Shown in pieces: positions 8,253 through 17,852 of a stretch of DNA of 64,000 nucleotides. The position numbers and the translations under genes were made by a program. The notes beneath the pieces were generated by a model. The model saw only the letters and a list, made by a program, of their open reading frames with translations. It did not search any database and was not told the origin of the DNA. The stretch is from NCBI GenBank assembly GCA_038840695.1, contig JAWBVE010000001.1, positions 44,896-108,895 of the forward strand, written 5' to 3'. The first letter of the stretch is position 1; each line of letters opens with the position of its first letter. Source of the stretch: Candidatus Pacearchaeota archaeon. Lineage in GTDB: Archaea > Nanobdellota > Nanobdellia > Pacearchaeales > JAPDKA01.

Positions 8253-9404
8253 ATGGATCTTTGGGATAGAATTGCTGAATTTACTAAGCTTCCGTCGAGA
8301 GAGAATTTCTCTGAGCTTATAGATCTTACTGAAGACGTACAATTAGAGAACTGGCCCTATGAAGAGAAGATAAAATACATTCTCGATAGAATAGGAAGCT
8401 TAGACAGCAATGCTGCACTATTTCTTCCAGAGCAAATTTTATTTAAAGTAGATGCAAGGACTGTCATGAAAAATTCAAAGCAGCTAAAGCTAAGAAGAAT
8501 AAAATCAAGAAAAGAGGCAATAGAAAATGAAATAACGCCTGAAAAATTAATTAAGGAGAAAATTGAAGAGCTGCAAATAAAATATCAAGAAGGCGAAGAA
8601 AAGCTGATAAGAGAAAATTATGGCTGGATAAATTTTAGAGGAATCACAGATAGAAAAAATAAAAATTATTTTATAGGAGACGCGATAGAGGCTTATTTAT
8701 ATTGGAAAGAATTTGGCAATTTTATGAATGTAAAGCGATATGATACTCTCGAATCTTTACTTAAGGAGCAAAGGCGTGAGATACCGCTGGAAATAAGGGC
8801 AAACATTGCCAAAGAAATTAAAAAAATAAGAAACAGAAAAACTCTTACTGAAAAAGAAAGAGAGCATTTGGGCTTTATAAGAGGGCTAATAATTAAAAAG
8901 CAAGCAGAGCGAATAGTAGAAGTGCCCTCGAGAAGTAAGAGAGAGTATTATTCAATAAAATTTAGAAAACTCCCACTTTCCTTTCCTGATTCAATCACAC
9001 CACAGCTAAACAAAGAATTTTATGGAACATGGCAGGATATAGTTATTGAAAGTTGCCCCTGCGCTGAAAATAAATATTTTATTTCTTACATAAATCCTGC
9101 TGAAACTTGGTATTGCTTTCACCAGATCGTTGCATATAGAAAGATGATAAGCCTTGATTGGAAAAAGGAAAATGATAGCTATGTGCCGGCTACATATCCT
9201 AATCCTTACATAGCATGTTCACCTTTCTTCAAGCCTCATAAAGAAAGCATTCAATTCTATGAAAAATGTAGAAAACAAGTCTTTGTGAAAAAAGTGGGAG
9301 AGGAAGATGGAAGAGAAAAGGTTGTTTATGAGCATCTGCCAAGAGTCTATGCCACACTCTTCTTAATGAAACAAGTTATAAGAGGGAAGGTTGAGCTTTT
9401 GTAA
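8253..9404 (+). CDS. SWIM zinc-finger domain protein, function unknown
   Basis: 383 aa. Contains a CxCx(19)CxH motif, CPCAENKYFISYINPAETWYCFH, matching the SWIM finger signature. The rest is charged and helical with no other motif recognised. Confidence 0.55.
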   Translation: MDLWDRIAEFTKLPSRENFSELIDLTEDVQLENWPYEEKIKYILDRIGSLDSNAALFLPEQILFKVDARTVMKNSKQLKLRRIKSRKEAIENEITPEKLIKEKIEELQIKYQEGEEKLIRENYGWINFRGITDRKNKNYFIGDAIEAYLYWKEFGNFMNVKRYDTLESLLKEQRREIPLEIRANIAKEIKKIRNRKTLTEKEREHLGFIRGLIIKKQAERIVEVPSRSKREYYSIKFRKLPLSFPDSITPQLNKEFYGTWQDIVIESCPCAENKYFISYINPAETWYCFHQIVAYRKMISLDWKKENDSYVPATYPNPYIACSPFFKPHKESIQFYEKCRKQVFVKKVGEEDGREKVVYEHLPRVYATLFLMKQVIRGKVELL

Positions 9405-9447
9405 AGTGAAACGTTAATTTTTTAAATATTTTTTTTCTCTTATACTC

Positions 9448-10152
9448 ATGTTTAATATTTCAGTAGTTATCCCTACAATTAATTCTGAAAAATTTATCAA
9501 AAGAACAGTAGATTATATTTATAACTACTTAGAAAAAAACAAAAAGAAAATCGGAATTAAAAATTATGAAATAATTCTCGTTCCACAATCTAGCGATGAT
9601 AATACTTTTGTTATAATAAAAAAGATCATAAGCAAAAATAAGAAAGTTAGAGCAATTTATTTAGATGAGAGGGGTAAAGGAAATGCATTAAATAATGGAA
9701 TAAAAGCAGCAAAAAATAATTTTGTATTGATGATAGATGATGATCTATCTTATCCTATTTCTTTTCTGCAAGATGCAGCAAAATATTGTAATAAGTATGA
9801 CATAATCATTGGATCGCGATATATAAAAAAACCAAAACTTCCTTTAAAAAGAAAGATAGCATCAATTGGCTATAAAATATTGCTAAGACTACTTTTTAAT
9901 CTAAAATTTAAAGATACACAAAGTGGTTTAAAATTAATAAATAAAAAAGTTTTTAAGAAAATTGGTTACCCAAAACAAAAAAGATATGTGTGGGATACAG
10001 AACTTTTATGGAAAGCAAGTAAAGCAAAATTAAAAATCTACGAAATTCCAATTAAATATAATTTTAGAGAAAATGTGTTAAGATTGAGAAAAGCTGTACC
10101 ACAAATGTTTTATGATTTATTAAAGCTACGAATTTCAACTTTTAAAAAATAA
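9448..10152 (+). CDS. Family 2 glycosyltransferase (dolichyl/polyprenyl-phosphate sugar synthase-like)
   Basis: 234 aa. N-terminal VVIPTINSEKFI (GT-A Rossmann start) and DxD motif LMIDDDLSYP. Size and layout match DPM1/ArnC-like GT2 enzymes. Confidence 0.8.
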   Translation: MFNISVVIPTINSEKFIKRTVDYIYNYLEKNKKKIGIKNYEIILVPQSSDDNTFVIIKKIISKNKKVRAIYLDERGKGNALNNGIKAAKNNFVLMIDDDLSYPISFLQDAAKYCNKYDIIIGSRYIKKPKLPLKRKIASIGYKILLRLLFNLKFKDTQSGLKLINKKVFKKIGYPKQKRYVWDTELLWKASKAKLKIYEIPIKYNFRENVLRLRKAVPQMFYDLLKLRISTFKK

Positions 10153-10228
10153 TATCGAAAATAATATAAACAATAAAAATTTGAAAAATAAAGAAATTCG
10201 AGATTGTACAAATAATAAAAGAGGCAAA

Positions 10229-10603
10229 ATGATAAAAATGCATCCACTGATTGTAGTTGCTGTTTGCATAATATTTGGAAGTTTAGGACAGATATCATTA
10301 AAATATGGCCTTTTTCAAATTGGCTTGATTTCTCTAAGAGATATGTTTTTTTCAAAATTTTTCAATATAATTTTTCAACCATTTATATTTTTAGGAATTT
10401 TACTTTATGCCTTCTCTATGTTTTTGTGGCTAGTCGCGATATCGAAGCTTGAACTTTCTTTTGCCTACCCATTATTGAGTATTGGCTATATAATTGTCGC
10501 GATACTTTCATTCATAATTTTCAAGGAAAATATTACTTTAATAAGGTGGACTGGAATAATTTTAATTGTGATTGGTTGTTTTTTATTAACTAAAAGTATT
10601 TAA
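10229..10603 (+). CDS. Small DMT/EamA-type 4-TM membrane protein (ArnE/ArnF-like lipid-sugar flippase candidate)
   Basis: The track ORF starts with TTG at 10181; I prefer ATG 10229 (MIKMHPLIVVAVCIIFGSLGQISLKYG). Four predicted TM helices of ~120 aa. Sits between a GT2 and a GT-C enzyme, as in Arn-type clusters. Confidence 0.6.
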   Translation: MIKMHPLIVVAVCIIFGSLGQISLKYGLFQIGLISLRDMFFSKFFNIIFQPFIFLGILLYAFSMFLWLVAISKLELSFAYPLLSIGYIIVAILSFIIFKENITLIRWTGIILIVIGCFLLTKSI

Positions 10604-10605
10604 AA

Positions 10606-11997
10606 ATGTTAAAAAAATTGAATAAACAATACTTATTTTTGATTTTAATTTTAGTTATAGTTTTTTTAATTAATTTAATAACTATTTTAAAAATCCCTAA
10701 GCAAATTTTGTTTGGTGACGAAGCATTTTATTTTGACCAAGCAGCAAAAATTAGAGAAGGAAAATTTATAAATTTTCAAAATACTCAACCATTACTTTAT
10801 CCATCTTTTCTTTCTATTTTTGTTGGCTTTAATTCTACTTTTTTATTTAGGTTAGTAAATTTGTTTTTATTTATTATAGCATTGATTTTATTTTTTATTT
10901 ATTCGAAAAAACTTTTCGATAATTATTTATTTTCTTATATAGCTATGATCATCTTTGCATTTAACGGTATGATAATGTTACTTGCTGTAAGTATCTATAC
11001 TGAAATTTTATTTTTTGTTTTTATGCTTTTATGCTTTATGATTTTTGATAAAATAGAAGATGAAAATAAGATTTTTCCATGGCTAGTTTTTGGATTAGTT
11101 CTCGGTTTGACTTTAGAAACTCGAATTACTGGACTTTTTGTTGCGGCATTTTTCTTAATTTATATTTTAATAAAAAATGATTTTAAGTTCCATCACTTTA
11201 TTTCTTTTTTTCTTGCTTTTCTTATTTTAATACCATGGCTATTACTTGGTGGGTTCAAATTTTTGTTTGAAAAACAAGTTGGAAGTTATTTTAGAATAAT
11301 TGGCCCCTTTAGCTTTATTTTTAAATATTGGTTACCATTTTTACCCTTTTTATTATTTGGCATTTATGTCGCATTCAAAGAAAAAATTGAACTAATGAAA
11401 AAAATTCTTTTGTTCTGCCTTGTTTGTTTTATTATTTTAATTTCTTTTGGTGGATTCATGATGTTTGAGAGGCATTGGGCTATTATTTTCCCTTTTTTGA
11501 GTATTATTAGTGTGAAAGGTTTTGAAAAAATAATAAAGTGCTTAAAAAATCTTAGGTTAAATCTCTTTAGAATTTTTTTTATTTTATTAGTAATTTCTTT
11601 TTTTGTTTTTTATTTTTATATAAATATTACAAATTTCAAATTACCAAGTTCGATTTATTCTCAAAAGCTATATTTGCGAATTCCTGAAAATTGTATTGAA
11701 ATTAAAGAATGGAAAGTTAATAATAAAACAGTTTCTTTACCAGTTTTTGATCAAAAAGATAGAGCAGTTTATTCAAATATTACTACGCTAGAAGAAAAAT
11801 ATAATAAAATTATCTTATTTTATACTGATGACTATGGATCTATAAAAATAAATAATACTCTCATAGGGGAAATGCATGATCCACTTAATCCACATATTTT
11901 TTATTTTAATTTTACCAATGAAAGCTGGAAAATTGATGTTGAGATTATAAATACAATGAATGTTGGAGGAATAGGACAAGTACTTATTTGTAAATAA
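10606..11997 (+). CDS. GT-C fold membrane glycosyltransferase (ArnT/PMT, GT39/GT83-like)
   Basis: 463 aa and polytopic. An acidic motif sits in the first extracytoplasmic loop (ILFGDEAFYFDQA, the DE motif of PMT/ArnT-type enzymes). Small C-terminal soluble domain. Confidence 0.65.
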   Translation: MLKKLNKQYLFLILILVIVFLINLITILKIPKQILFGDEAFYFDQAAKIREGKFINFQNTQPLLYPSFLSIFVGFNSTFLFRLVNLFLFIIALILFFIYSKKLFDNYLFSYIAMIIFAFNGMIMLLAVSIYTEILFFVFMLLCFMIFDKIEDENKIFPWLVFGLVLGLTLETRITGLFVAAFFLIYILIKNDFKFHHFISFFLAFLILIPWLLLGGFKFLFEKQVGSYFRIIGPFSFIFKYWLPFLPFLLFGIYVAFKEKIELMKKILLFCLVCFIILISFGGFMMFERHWAIIFPFLSIISVKGFEKIIKCLKNLRLNLFRIFFILLVISFFVFYFYINITNFKLPSSIYSQKLYLRIPENCIEIKEWKVNNKTVSLPVFDQKDRAVYSNITTLEEKYNKIILFYTDDYGSIKINNTLIGEMHDPLNPHIFYFNFTNESWKIDVEIINTMNVGGIGQVLICK

Positions 11998-12058
11998 ATA
12001 AAAATTTTAAAAACTTAAAAATTAAATAAAATTTAATAAATTTAATTAGAGCGTTGTA

Positions 12059-13999
12059 ATGAAAAAGCTAACAATAGTGCTACTAGCATTATTAACATTG
12101 ATAACTATTTTACCGTGTATATATTTTTGGTCTACACAATTAAGTTGGGATATGCATGGACATTTCTTTTCTTCTTATTTTATTAAAAAATATCTATGGC
12201 CTTCTTTCAGTGGGTGGAACAATCTTTCGTTAACAGGATATCCTCAAAACTATTTTTATCCTCCCCTATTTCATTGGATTGTAGCTTCTTTGGGATTTGT
12301 TATGCCATTAGAAATTGCATTTAAACTTATGGTTAGTTTATCTTTAATATTTCTTCCAATTGTTATTTATTTTGCTTTAAGAAATTTAAAATTTGATGAA
12401 GATGAAGCGATACTTGCAACATTATTCATCTATTTATTTTTTCCAATAATGAAAGGTGATATTGGGGGAGACTTTTATAGTACTTTACATGTTGGTTTAG
12501 TTACCTATCAGTTTAGCTTTTTTCTATTTTTTTGTTTTTTAACCGCTTTAGACTTACAATTTTTAAATAAGAAAAGAAACTTGTTGGCAGCTTTATTAGC
12601 AAGCATGGCATTTTTGACTAGTATATTTATGATAGTAATAATTTTAATTTTTTTGCTTATTTTTGCAATACTGAACGTTAGAACAAAAAAACAACAAATA
12701 AATTTTATCCTAATCTGTATATTTATTTTTTCTTTAATTGCGTTTTGGGCTATTCCATTTTTTAAATTTATAGCTTTTACAAAAGCCCTAAATATTCCTG
12801 GTGGGGCACCCCAACTTCATCCGTTTTTATTATCTTTGATGATAGTTAGTATCATAATAATCGCTATGAAAAATGATAAAAAAAGTTTTCCTTTTATTTT
12901 ATTGGCTATAATATTTTTGATTTTAACTATGTTCGGTTCACTTACAAAGCTAACTTTACATTTCTTTAGATTTCATAGCATTAACTATTTTTTATTTGGT
13001 ATATTACTATCACGACTTTGTGTTATAACCTCTTTTAAAAAATATCATAAATTTATTTGTATTTTTTTAACTTTATTATGTATGGCATCCGTAATAATTT
13101 TTACTGGTGCTTTAGGTATGAATGATGTTATTACAAATTTAAATATGCCGATCATCAAAAAATTAGTAGAAAAAGAAGATGGGTATGGAATTGTAATATC
13201 TACTATTCACCCTACAAGATCTCAACATGCAATAGCCAATTCTTTTCTCTTAAATAATATAGCAATGGTTGATGGGTTATTTGTTGAATCATCACTTAAT
13301 AGTAGAGCTATAAATAGCTTAAAGAAAGAACTCAATCCTAGCGCCTTTACTTGGGGAGTTGCTAATTATTATGTTAATGAATCTGAAATTAGGTTCCTTC
13401 TTCCTTATCATATAAAGTATTTAGGTATAAGTTTTTTATTTTTAGATAATTGGACTTACAAAGAAAAATTGAAAATTATTAATCCAAATGAAGTATATGA
13501 AGTTGATGTTAGTTTAAATGAAAATATTTCTAAATTTTATTTACTGAAAGTTAATAATAGCTTATTTGAAATAGTCAATGCTGTCCATCCCGTAAATAAA
13601 AAAGATTTTGAGAAAAAAATCCAGGAGTGGTGGGGCGATAAGTATTTAATAAATCATATACTTATAGAATCTGATTATCCCTTACCAGAATATAATACTG
13701 ATAATATAAATGCTTCGGTAAAAATTTTAGAAAAGAAAAATAATTATATTAAGATTTTTGTTGATTCACCAAAAGAAGTTTTTGTACTAATAAAGATATC
13801 TTATTTCCCAAATTGGCATGCTTTTAGTAATAATAAAGAAATAAAAATTTATAGGGCATCACCAAATTTTATGGTTATTTATGGAAAAGGTGTCATAGAA
13901 TTAAAGTTTATTAGAAGTTGGATTGAAATTGTAAGTTTAATTATTTCTTCGTTAGCTTTAATTTTATTGCTTTCTTCTTTTTTTAATTTTTTTGATTAA
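12059..13999 (+). CDS. Large polytopic GT-C/YfhO-like membrane protein with C-terminal extracytoplasmic domain
   Basis: 646 aa. More than 10 TM helices, then a ~250-aa soluble domain ending in YFPNWHAFSNNKEIKIYRASPNFMVIY plus a final TM segment. This resembles the YfhO/PTPS-related GT-C family by motif recollection. Confidence 0.5.
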   Translation: MKKLTIVLLALLTLITILPCIYFWSTQLSWDMHGHFFSSYFIKKYLWPSFSGWNNLSLTGYPQNYFYPPLFHWIVASLGFVMPLEIAFKLMVSLSLIFLPIVIYFALRNLKFDEDEAILATLFIYLFFPIMKGDIGGDFYSTLHVGLVTYQFSFFLFFCFLTALDLQFLNKKRNLLAALLASMAFLTSIFMIVIILIFLLIFAILNVRTKKQQINFILICIFIFSLIAFWAIPFFKFIAFTKALNIPGGAPQLHPFLLSLMIVSIIIIAMKNDKKSFPFILLAIIFLILTMFGSLTKLTLHFFRFHSINYFLFGILLSRLCVITSFKKYHKFICIFLTLLCMASVIIFTGALGMNDVITNLNMPIIKKLVEKEDGYGIVISTIHPTRSQHAIANSFLLNNIAMVDGLFVESSLNSRAINSLKKELNPSAFTWGVANYYVNESEIRFLLPYHIKYLGISFLFLDNWTYKEKLKIINPNEVYEVDVSLNENISKFYLLKVNNSLFEIVNAVHPVNKKDFEKKIQEWWGDKYLINHILIESDYPLPEYNTDNINASVKILEKKNNYIKIFVDSPKEVFVLIKISYFPNWHAFSNNKEIKIYRASPNFMVIYGKGVIELKFIRSWIEIVSLIISSLALILLLSSFFNFFD

Positions 14000-14593
14000 A
14001 ATAGATAGAAAAATAATCAAAATGATCAAAATTATTCCTACTATAATTGCTACATCTGTTTTGCTTAGTTGCATCGGTCTTTTTGGTTGTTCAATTATTC
14101 TATACTCTTCTTTCTTTTTTTCTTTAATAATTAAAGTAAAATTTTTTACAAAATTTTTTTGTACTGAGGAAAAATTATATATACCAGGATATTCTCCTAA
14201 GGCCTCATTTGGTATAAAAAATGTAATAACAAAAGTAATAGTTTGATTTAAATCTAAATTATCTATGAGGGGGGGATTTATTATATACCAACTCTCATTT
14301 ATTTTTTCTAAATTAAGTTTTAATTTGGTGATTGGTAAACCGAGATTTGTAACATTTACAAATATCTCTTTCGTTTCTCCTTGTAGTATTTCTATTATTT
14401 CAGGAGCAGTGATATTAATTTCAAAAATCCCCGCTCTATGTGGTGCGACTTTTTTCACTCCTGCAACCACCTCCTCTTTTTCTCTTATAATGTAGATTGC
14501 TTTACAAACTATTTTTCCATAAAATAAAAATAATAAAGCTAATATTAGAAGTATTAGTACCAATATTGTTATGTATATTTCTTTTTTTTCCAT
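13964..14593 (-). CDS. Bitopic surface protein with CARDB/NEW3-like beta-sandwich
   Basis: 209 aa. N-terminal signal-anchor, central segment ILQGETKEIFVNVTNLGLPITKLKLNLE...QTITFVITFFIPNEALGEYPGIYNF, then a C-terminal TM segment plus KKIKKRRKQ tail. Confidence 0.5.
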   Translation of the reverse strand: MEKKEIYITILVLILLILALLFLFYGKIVCKAIYIIREKEEVVAGVKKVAPHRAGIFEINITAPEIIEILQGETKEIFVNVTNLGLPITKLKLNLEKINESWYIINPPLIDNLDLNQTITFVITFFIPNEALGEYPGIYNFSSVQKNFVKNFTLIIKEKKKEEYRIIEQPKRPMQLSKTDVAIIVGIILIILIIFLSILIKKIKKRRKQ

Positions 14594-14610
14594 TAGTAAG
14601 ATTGGTATTT

Positions 14611-16065
14611 TTATTTTTTAATTTTTCGCTTAATTTTCAAAAAAATAGATATTAACAAAATCAAAAGCAAAATTATTGAAAAAATTATCAAAAGAATTAA
14701 CCAAAATGGTTTTTTACTTTTTTCTTTAATAATGAATGATGATGTGCTTGTGGCAGAAACATAAAATAGCTTTTTACTTTTATCTTGTATTGCTGGAACT
14801 TTAGTACATCTGTTTCCCTCGCATTTTTCAATAAATAGATTATTTTCATTCTTGTATTTGAATCCTTTGTATGATAAGTAGGCATCAATCCTTTCATATG
14901 GAAGATATAATAAATTAATTTCATATTTCCTCCCCGTCGATGTATCTTCCTTAGTAAAAATTACTGTTCCTGGTATTGGCTGTAATTCTACGCCATAAAA
15001 TATTACTTGTGAAGAAGTTTCTTCATCATCAACTTTCAAATCAAATACATCAGTTACGAGAAAATCAGCGCTATAAGGATAATAAGAATAATAAGAAAGG
15101 CTACTTTTGGCTGAATCGATTTTCTCTTTTGTATAATAATCATAAATAGTAAAATTCAAAGATTTATTTGAATGCATTCTTGTCTTTCCCAATTTTTCTA
15201 ACCAATCTATTTCAAGTAAAATATCACCTGAAATATTATTAGATGAATTAAAGAATATTTGAATTCCTTCTTCTGATAATTCTTCTTTTAAGAAATTGGC
15301 AATATCGAATTTTTTTATTTCCTCAAGAGGTGATGGTAAACTTAAAGTTAAATTTTTTGTTTTTCCTATTAATATTAATTTAGGATTTTGTGCTGGAGTA
15401 TATGGAACAGTTCTCACACTTAAATTAAGCCCGCTATACTTTATAGCCCATATAGAAATATTGTTTAGATCTTTTAACATTAAATGTTCGCATTCTTCTT
15501 CTATCATATAATTTGGAGGATAATAATGCCAATAAGAATAGCAACGAAGGGGGGAAGAAATAGATTGAAAGAAGGAATCAATACCTCCCCCCCAACCAAC
15601 CTTTCTTACTTTAATTCTCCAACCCTTTTTAAAATTAAATCCACTAAATGTGAGCCATGAAGGAAGTTCTCCCCATTCACAATATTCTATCCATTGACCA
15701 GTATACGCATTATATCCTACTATTTGACACCAGGATGATGTCTGAAACCAAACGCTAGCTGTGCAATTTTCTAATCTATAGTTACTTCCTCTTATCACAA
15801 ATTCAGGACTAGTGGCACAAATATCAGGAGTTTCAGGAAAACCAAAAATAGTAAGTCGTGCAGATCTATAAAAAGGTATCCATACTCCATAAAGATATCC
15901 AACTTGTGGCCATAAAATACTAAAAACTTCTGTTCTCTTACCCAAAACTACAGAGTCAAGATATCCTCGCACAGAAGTACTTGTTATTTCACTTCCAATG
16001 AAAGGAAAAATTAATAAAAATAATAAAACACTGCTTGTAATTATGAGTATTAATCTATCTTTCAT
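14611..16065 (-). CDS. Secreted, C-terminally anchored W/Y/C-rich protein, unknown function
   Basis: 484 aa. N-terminal signal-like segment (LILIITSSVLLFLLIFPFIG) and C-terminal TM segment plus KIKRKIKK. No family recognised. Confidence 0.55.
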   Translation of the reverse strand: MKDRLILIITSSVLLFLLIFPFIGSEITSTSVRGYLDSVVLGKRTEVFSILWPQVGYLYGVWIPFYRSARLTIFGFPETPDICATSPEFVIRGSNYRLENCTASVWFQTSSWCQIVGYNAYTGQWIEYCEWGELPSWLTFSGFNFKKGWRIKVRKVGWGGGIDSFFQSISSPLRCYSYWHYYPPNYMIEEECEHLMLKDLNNISIWAIKYSGLNLSVRTVPYTPAQNPKLILIGKTKNLTLSLPSPLEEIKKFDIANFLKEELSEEGIQIFFNSSNNISGDILLEIDWLEKLGKTRMHSNKSLNFTIYDYYTKEKIDSAKSSLSYYSYYPYSADFLVTDVFDLKVDDEETSSQVIFYGVELQPIPGTVIFTKEDTSTGRKYEINLLYLPYERIDAYLSYKGFKYKNENNLFIEKCEGNRCTKVPAIQDKSKKLFYVSATSTSSFIIKEKSKKPFWLILLIIFSIILLLILLISIFLKIKRKIKK

Positions 16066-16410
16066 TTCATAACCTTTTTTTATTATTGATTTTTTTATCT
16101 TTTAAAAACTTTTCTTTTTACGGAATTAAGGTTTAAGCCAATATACTTGGCATTACAATAGTCCCAGAATTGCATTTATAGTGCTACATGCTACATTGTT
16201 TTCTAGTGTTTACCTCAACACAACTCGACCATTCACTGCACCAGGAAAAATTGACATTCAACAAGTTTTAAGCTAATAAAAGCTATATTATGAGCAATCA
16301 TTATCTCCAAATATCATTATCCAAAATATACAAGCTAGATTAAAGTTAAGGAGTGCAAATTTATTCCCATTGTTTATGTTGTGTGTTAGTTATTTATGTA
16401 TTAAGCCTAG

Positions 16411-16608
16411 CTAAGCTTTCTTAAACTTTGCAACAAGTTTTATGTAATCTTCATGGCCAAGAAACATTCTCCTGCAGCAATAGCGCACTAGCCCGAGCTC
16501 ATCAAGAACCTTGCCAGCATCCTCTCCCTTGCTAATTCTTTCCTTAAACTTTTCCCATAAATGTGCTATTGGCTTACCACATGAAAAACAGCGTATTGGA
16601 ATTATCAT
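16411..16608 (-). CDS. rpoN: DNA-directed RNA polymerase subunit N (Rpo10)
   Basis: 65 aa. [14 protein letters not shown]...[10 protein letters not shown] is the canonical RpoN/Rpb10 zinc-bundle sequence. Confidence 0.95.
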   Translation of the reverse strand: MIIPIRCFSCGKPIAHLWEKFKERISKGEDAGKVLDELGLVRYCCRRMFLGHEDYIKLVAKFKKA

Positions 16609-16768
16609 AATTTTTTAAAAGAGAAAGATTTTTAAAATTTATGCATCTATTTTTAGAAGAGTAAAAGAGGAAAATAGATAAGGAATAGAAAATGAATAAG
16701 GGATCTAATTATTTGACATATAATGCTAATGATTTTGCAAATTTTCTTGGCAAAAATACAATAAGAAA

Positions 16769-17047
16769 GTGAAGGAAGAAATCAAGGAGAGGCTGTTTTA
16801 TTCAGCTGTGTTGCTTTATTTGAAACATAAAGAGCAGAAAGAAATAATAAGAATTAATGAAAGAATAAGAGGCTACATTGATGGCTTTAGCATAGAGATA
16901 AATGGTGGGGGAAATGGCAGGTTAGGCATTAGAGTTAGTAGCTGCATCACTTCTGATGGCATTGATAAATTTTTAAGTGATTTTCATACATTCGCTGATG
17001 AAAACATTGAAAAAATTGTGATTAAAGCAAGAGAAAGTAAAAAATAA
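16769..17047 (+). CDS. Hypothetical protein
   Basis: 92-aa ORF with a GTG start that overlaps (GTGA) a 26-codon upstream mini-ORF at 16692-16772. No motif recognised. Confidence 0.35.
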   Translation: MKEEIKERLFYSAVLLYLKHKEQKEIIRINERIRGYIDGFSIEINGGGNGRLGIRVSSCITSDGIDKFLSDFHTFADENIEKIVIKARESKK

Positions 17048-17049
17048 AA

Positions 17050-17847
17050 TTAAATAATTGAAATCTCAAAGGTAGGGCCAAAATCAAGTGCTATAATTTT
17101 ATCACATAAGCGAAGAACCGGAGGCGCTCCCTTATAATTTTTATAGCCTTTTTTTCCGATGATTGCTCTTTTTATTTCAACATCTATACTTGAGACATCC
17201 CCATAAAAGAATTTTTTAATGCTTGCATATACTGTATTCCTATAATTTTTAAAATTTATATGATAAGCTCCGTCAAAGTTAGAATATTCAATATATTTGC
17301 TTTCGCTTTCATCAAACCTATAATTTTTAAAATTGTGCTCTTTTATAAAGTCTAGAGTAATTTTTTCTATTGCAGAGCATGAGTCCAGTTTTATCTCTTG
17401 TTCTTCAAAAAAAATTTTTTCTTTTAGTGGCTTCAAGGGCTTTGAGTAAAATTTCTGGCTTTCCTTGATTATTGCATTATAAAGCTCTTCGTCACCAGCT
17501 TCCCTCCTTTCTCTGATCACTTTATATAAAGATGCCCCGCCTGGCAATTTTATTAGCTCAGCAGCGCTTTTTCCTACTAGCCCTAATTTTTTGGCTTTTT
17601 CTATAATTTCTTTATCATCATCCATGGAATTCCAACCATATCTGTCCTTATTTTTCCGGAGTTTTATTCCCCTTTCTTTTAATATTTGATATAAAAGGAA
17701 AGGAGGCTTTTCACCTCTTTCCTCTGCATATTTTATCCTTCTTATTAGATCCTCATTTGACAATTTTTCCAGAAAAAGCCTCCGCGCACTCTTTTTTCTT
17801 CCCCTTTCTCTAAATCCTTTGTTTAGGGGAAAAAGGATGAAGCTCAT
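17050..17847 (-). CDS. Hypothetical protein inserted between rps9 and rpoN
   Basis: 265-aa ORF whose start lies 5 nt after the rps9 stop. Basic, helical N-terminal half. No family recognised. Confidence 0.55.
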   Translation of the reverse strand: MSFILFPLNKGFRERGRKKSARRLFLEKLSNEDLIRRIKYAEERGEKPPFLLYQILKERGIKLRKNKDRYGWNSMDDDKEIIEKAKKLGLVGKSAAELIKLPGGASLYKVIRERREAGDEELYNAIIKESQKFYSKPLKPLKEKIFFEEQEIKLDSCSAIEKITLDFIKEHNFKNYRFDESESKYIEYSNFDGAYHINFKNYRNTVYASIKKFFYGDVSSIDVEIKRAIIGKKGYKNYKGAPPVLRLCDKIIALDFGPTFEISII

Positions 17848-17852
17848 TGTGC

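Noticed and set aside
12059-13999. I considered calling the 646-aa membrane protein the oligosaccharyltransferase AglB because of EWWGDKY.
   Set aside because: The motif is not WWDYG. It also lies ~170 residues after the last N-terminal TM helix rather than directly after it. The C-terminal YFPNW...IY plus final TM segment fits YfhO-like GT-C proteins better.
16692-16772. 26-codon mini-ORF (MNKGSNYLTYNANDFANFLGKNTIRK) overlapping by GTGA the GTG start of the 92-aa ORF; a possible frameshifted single gene.
   Set aside because: I cannot recognise either part. No slippery sequence is evident. It cannot be distinguished from chance without homologues.
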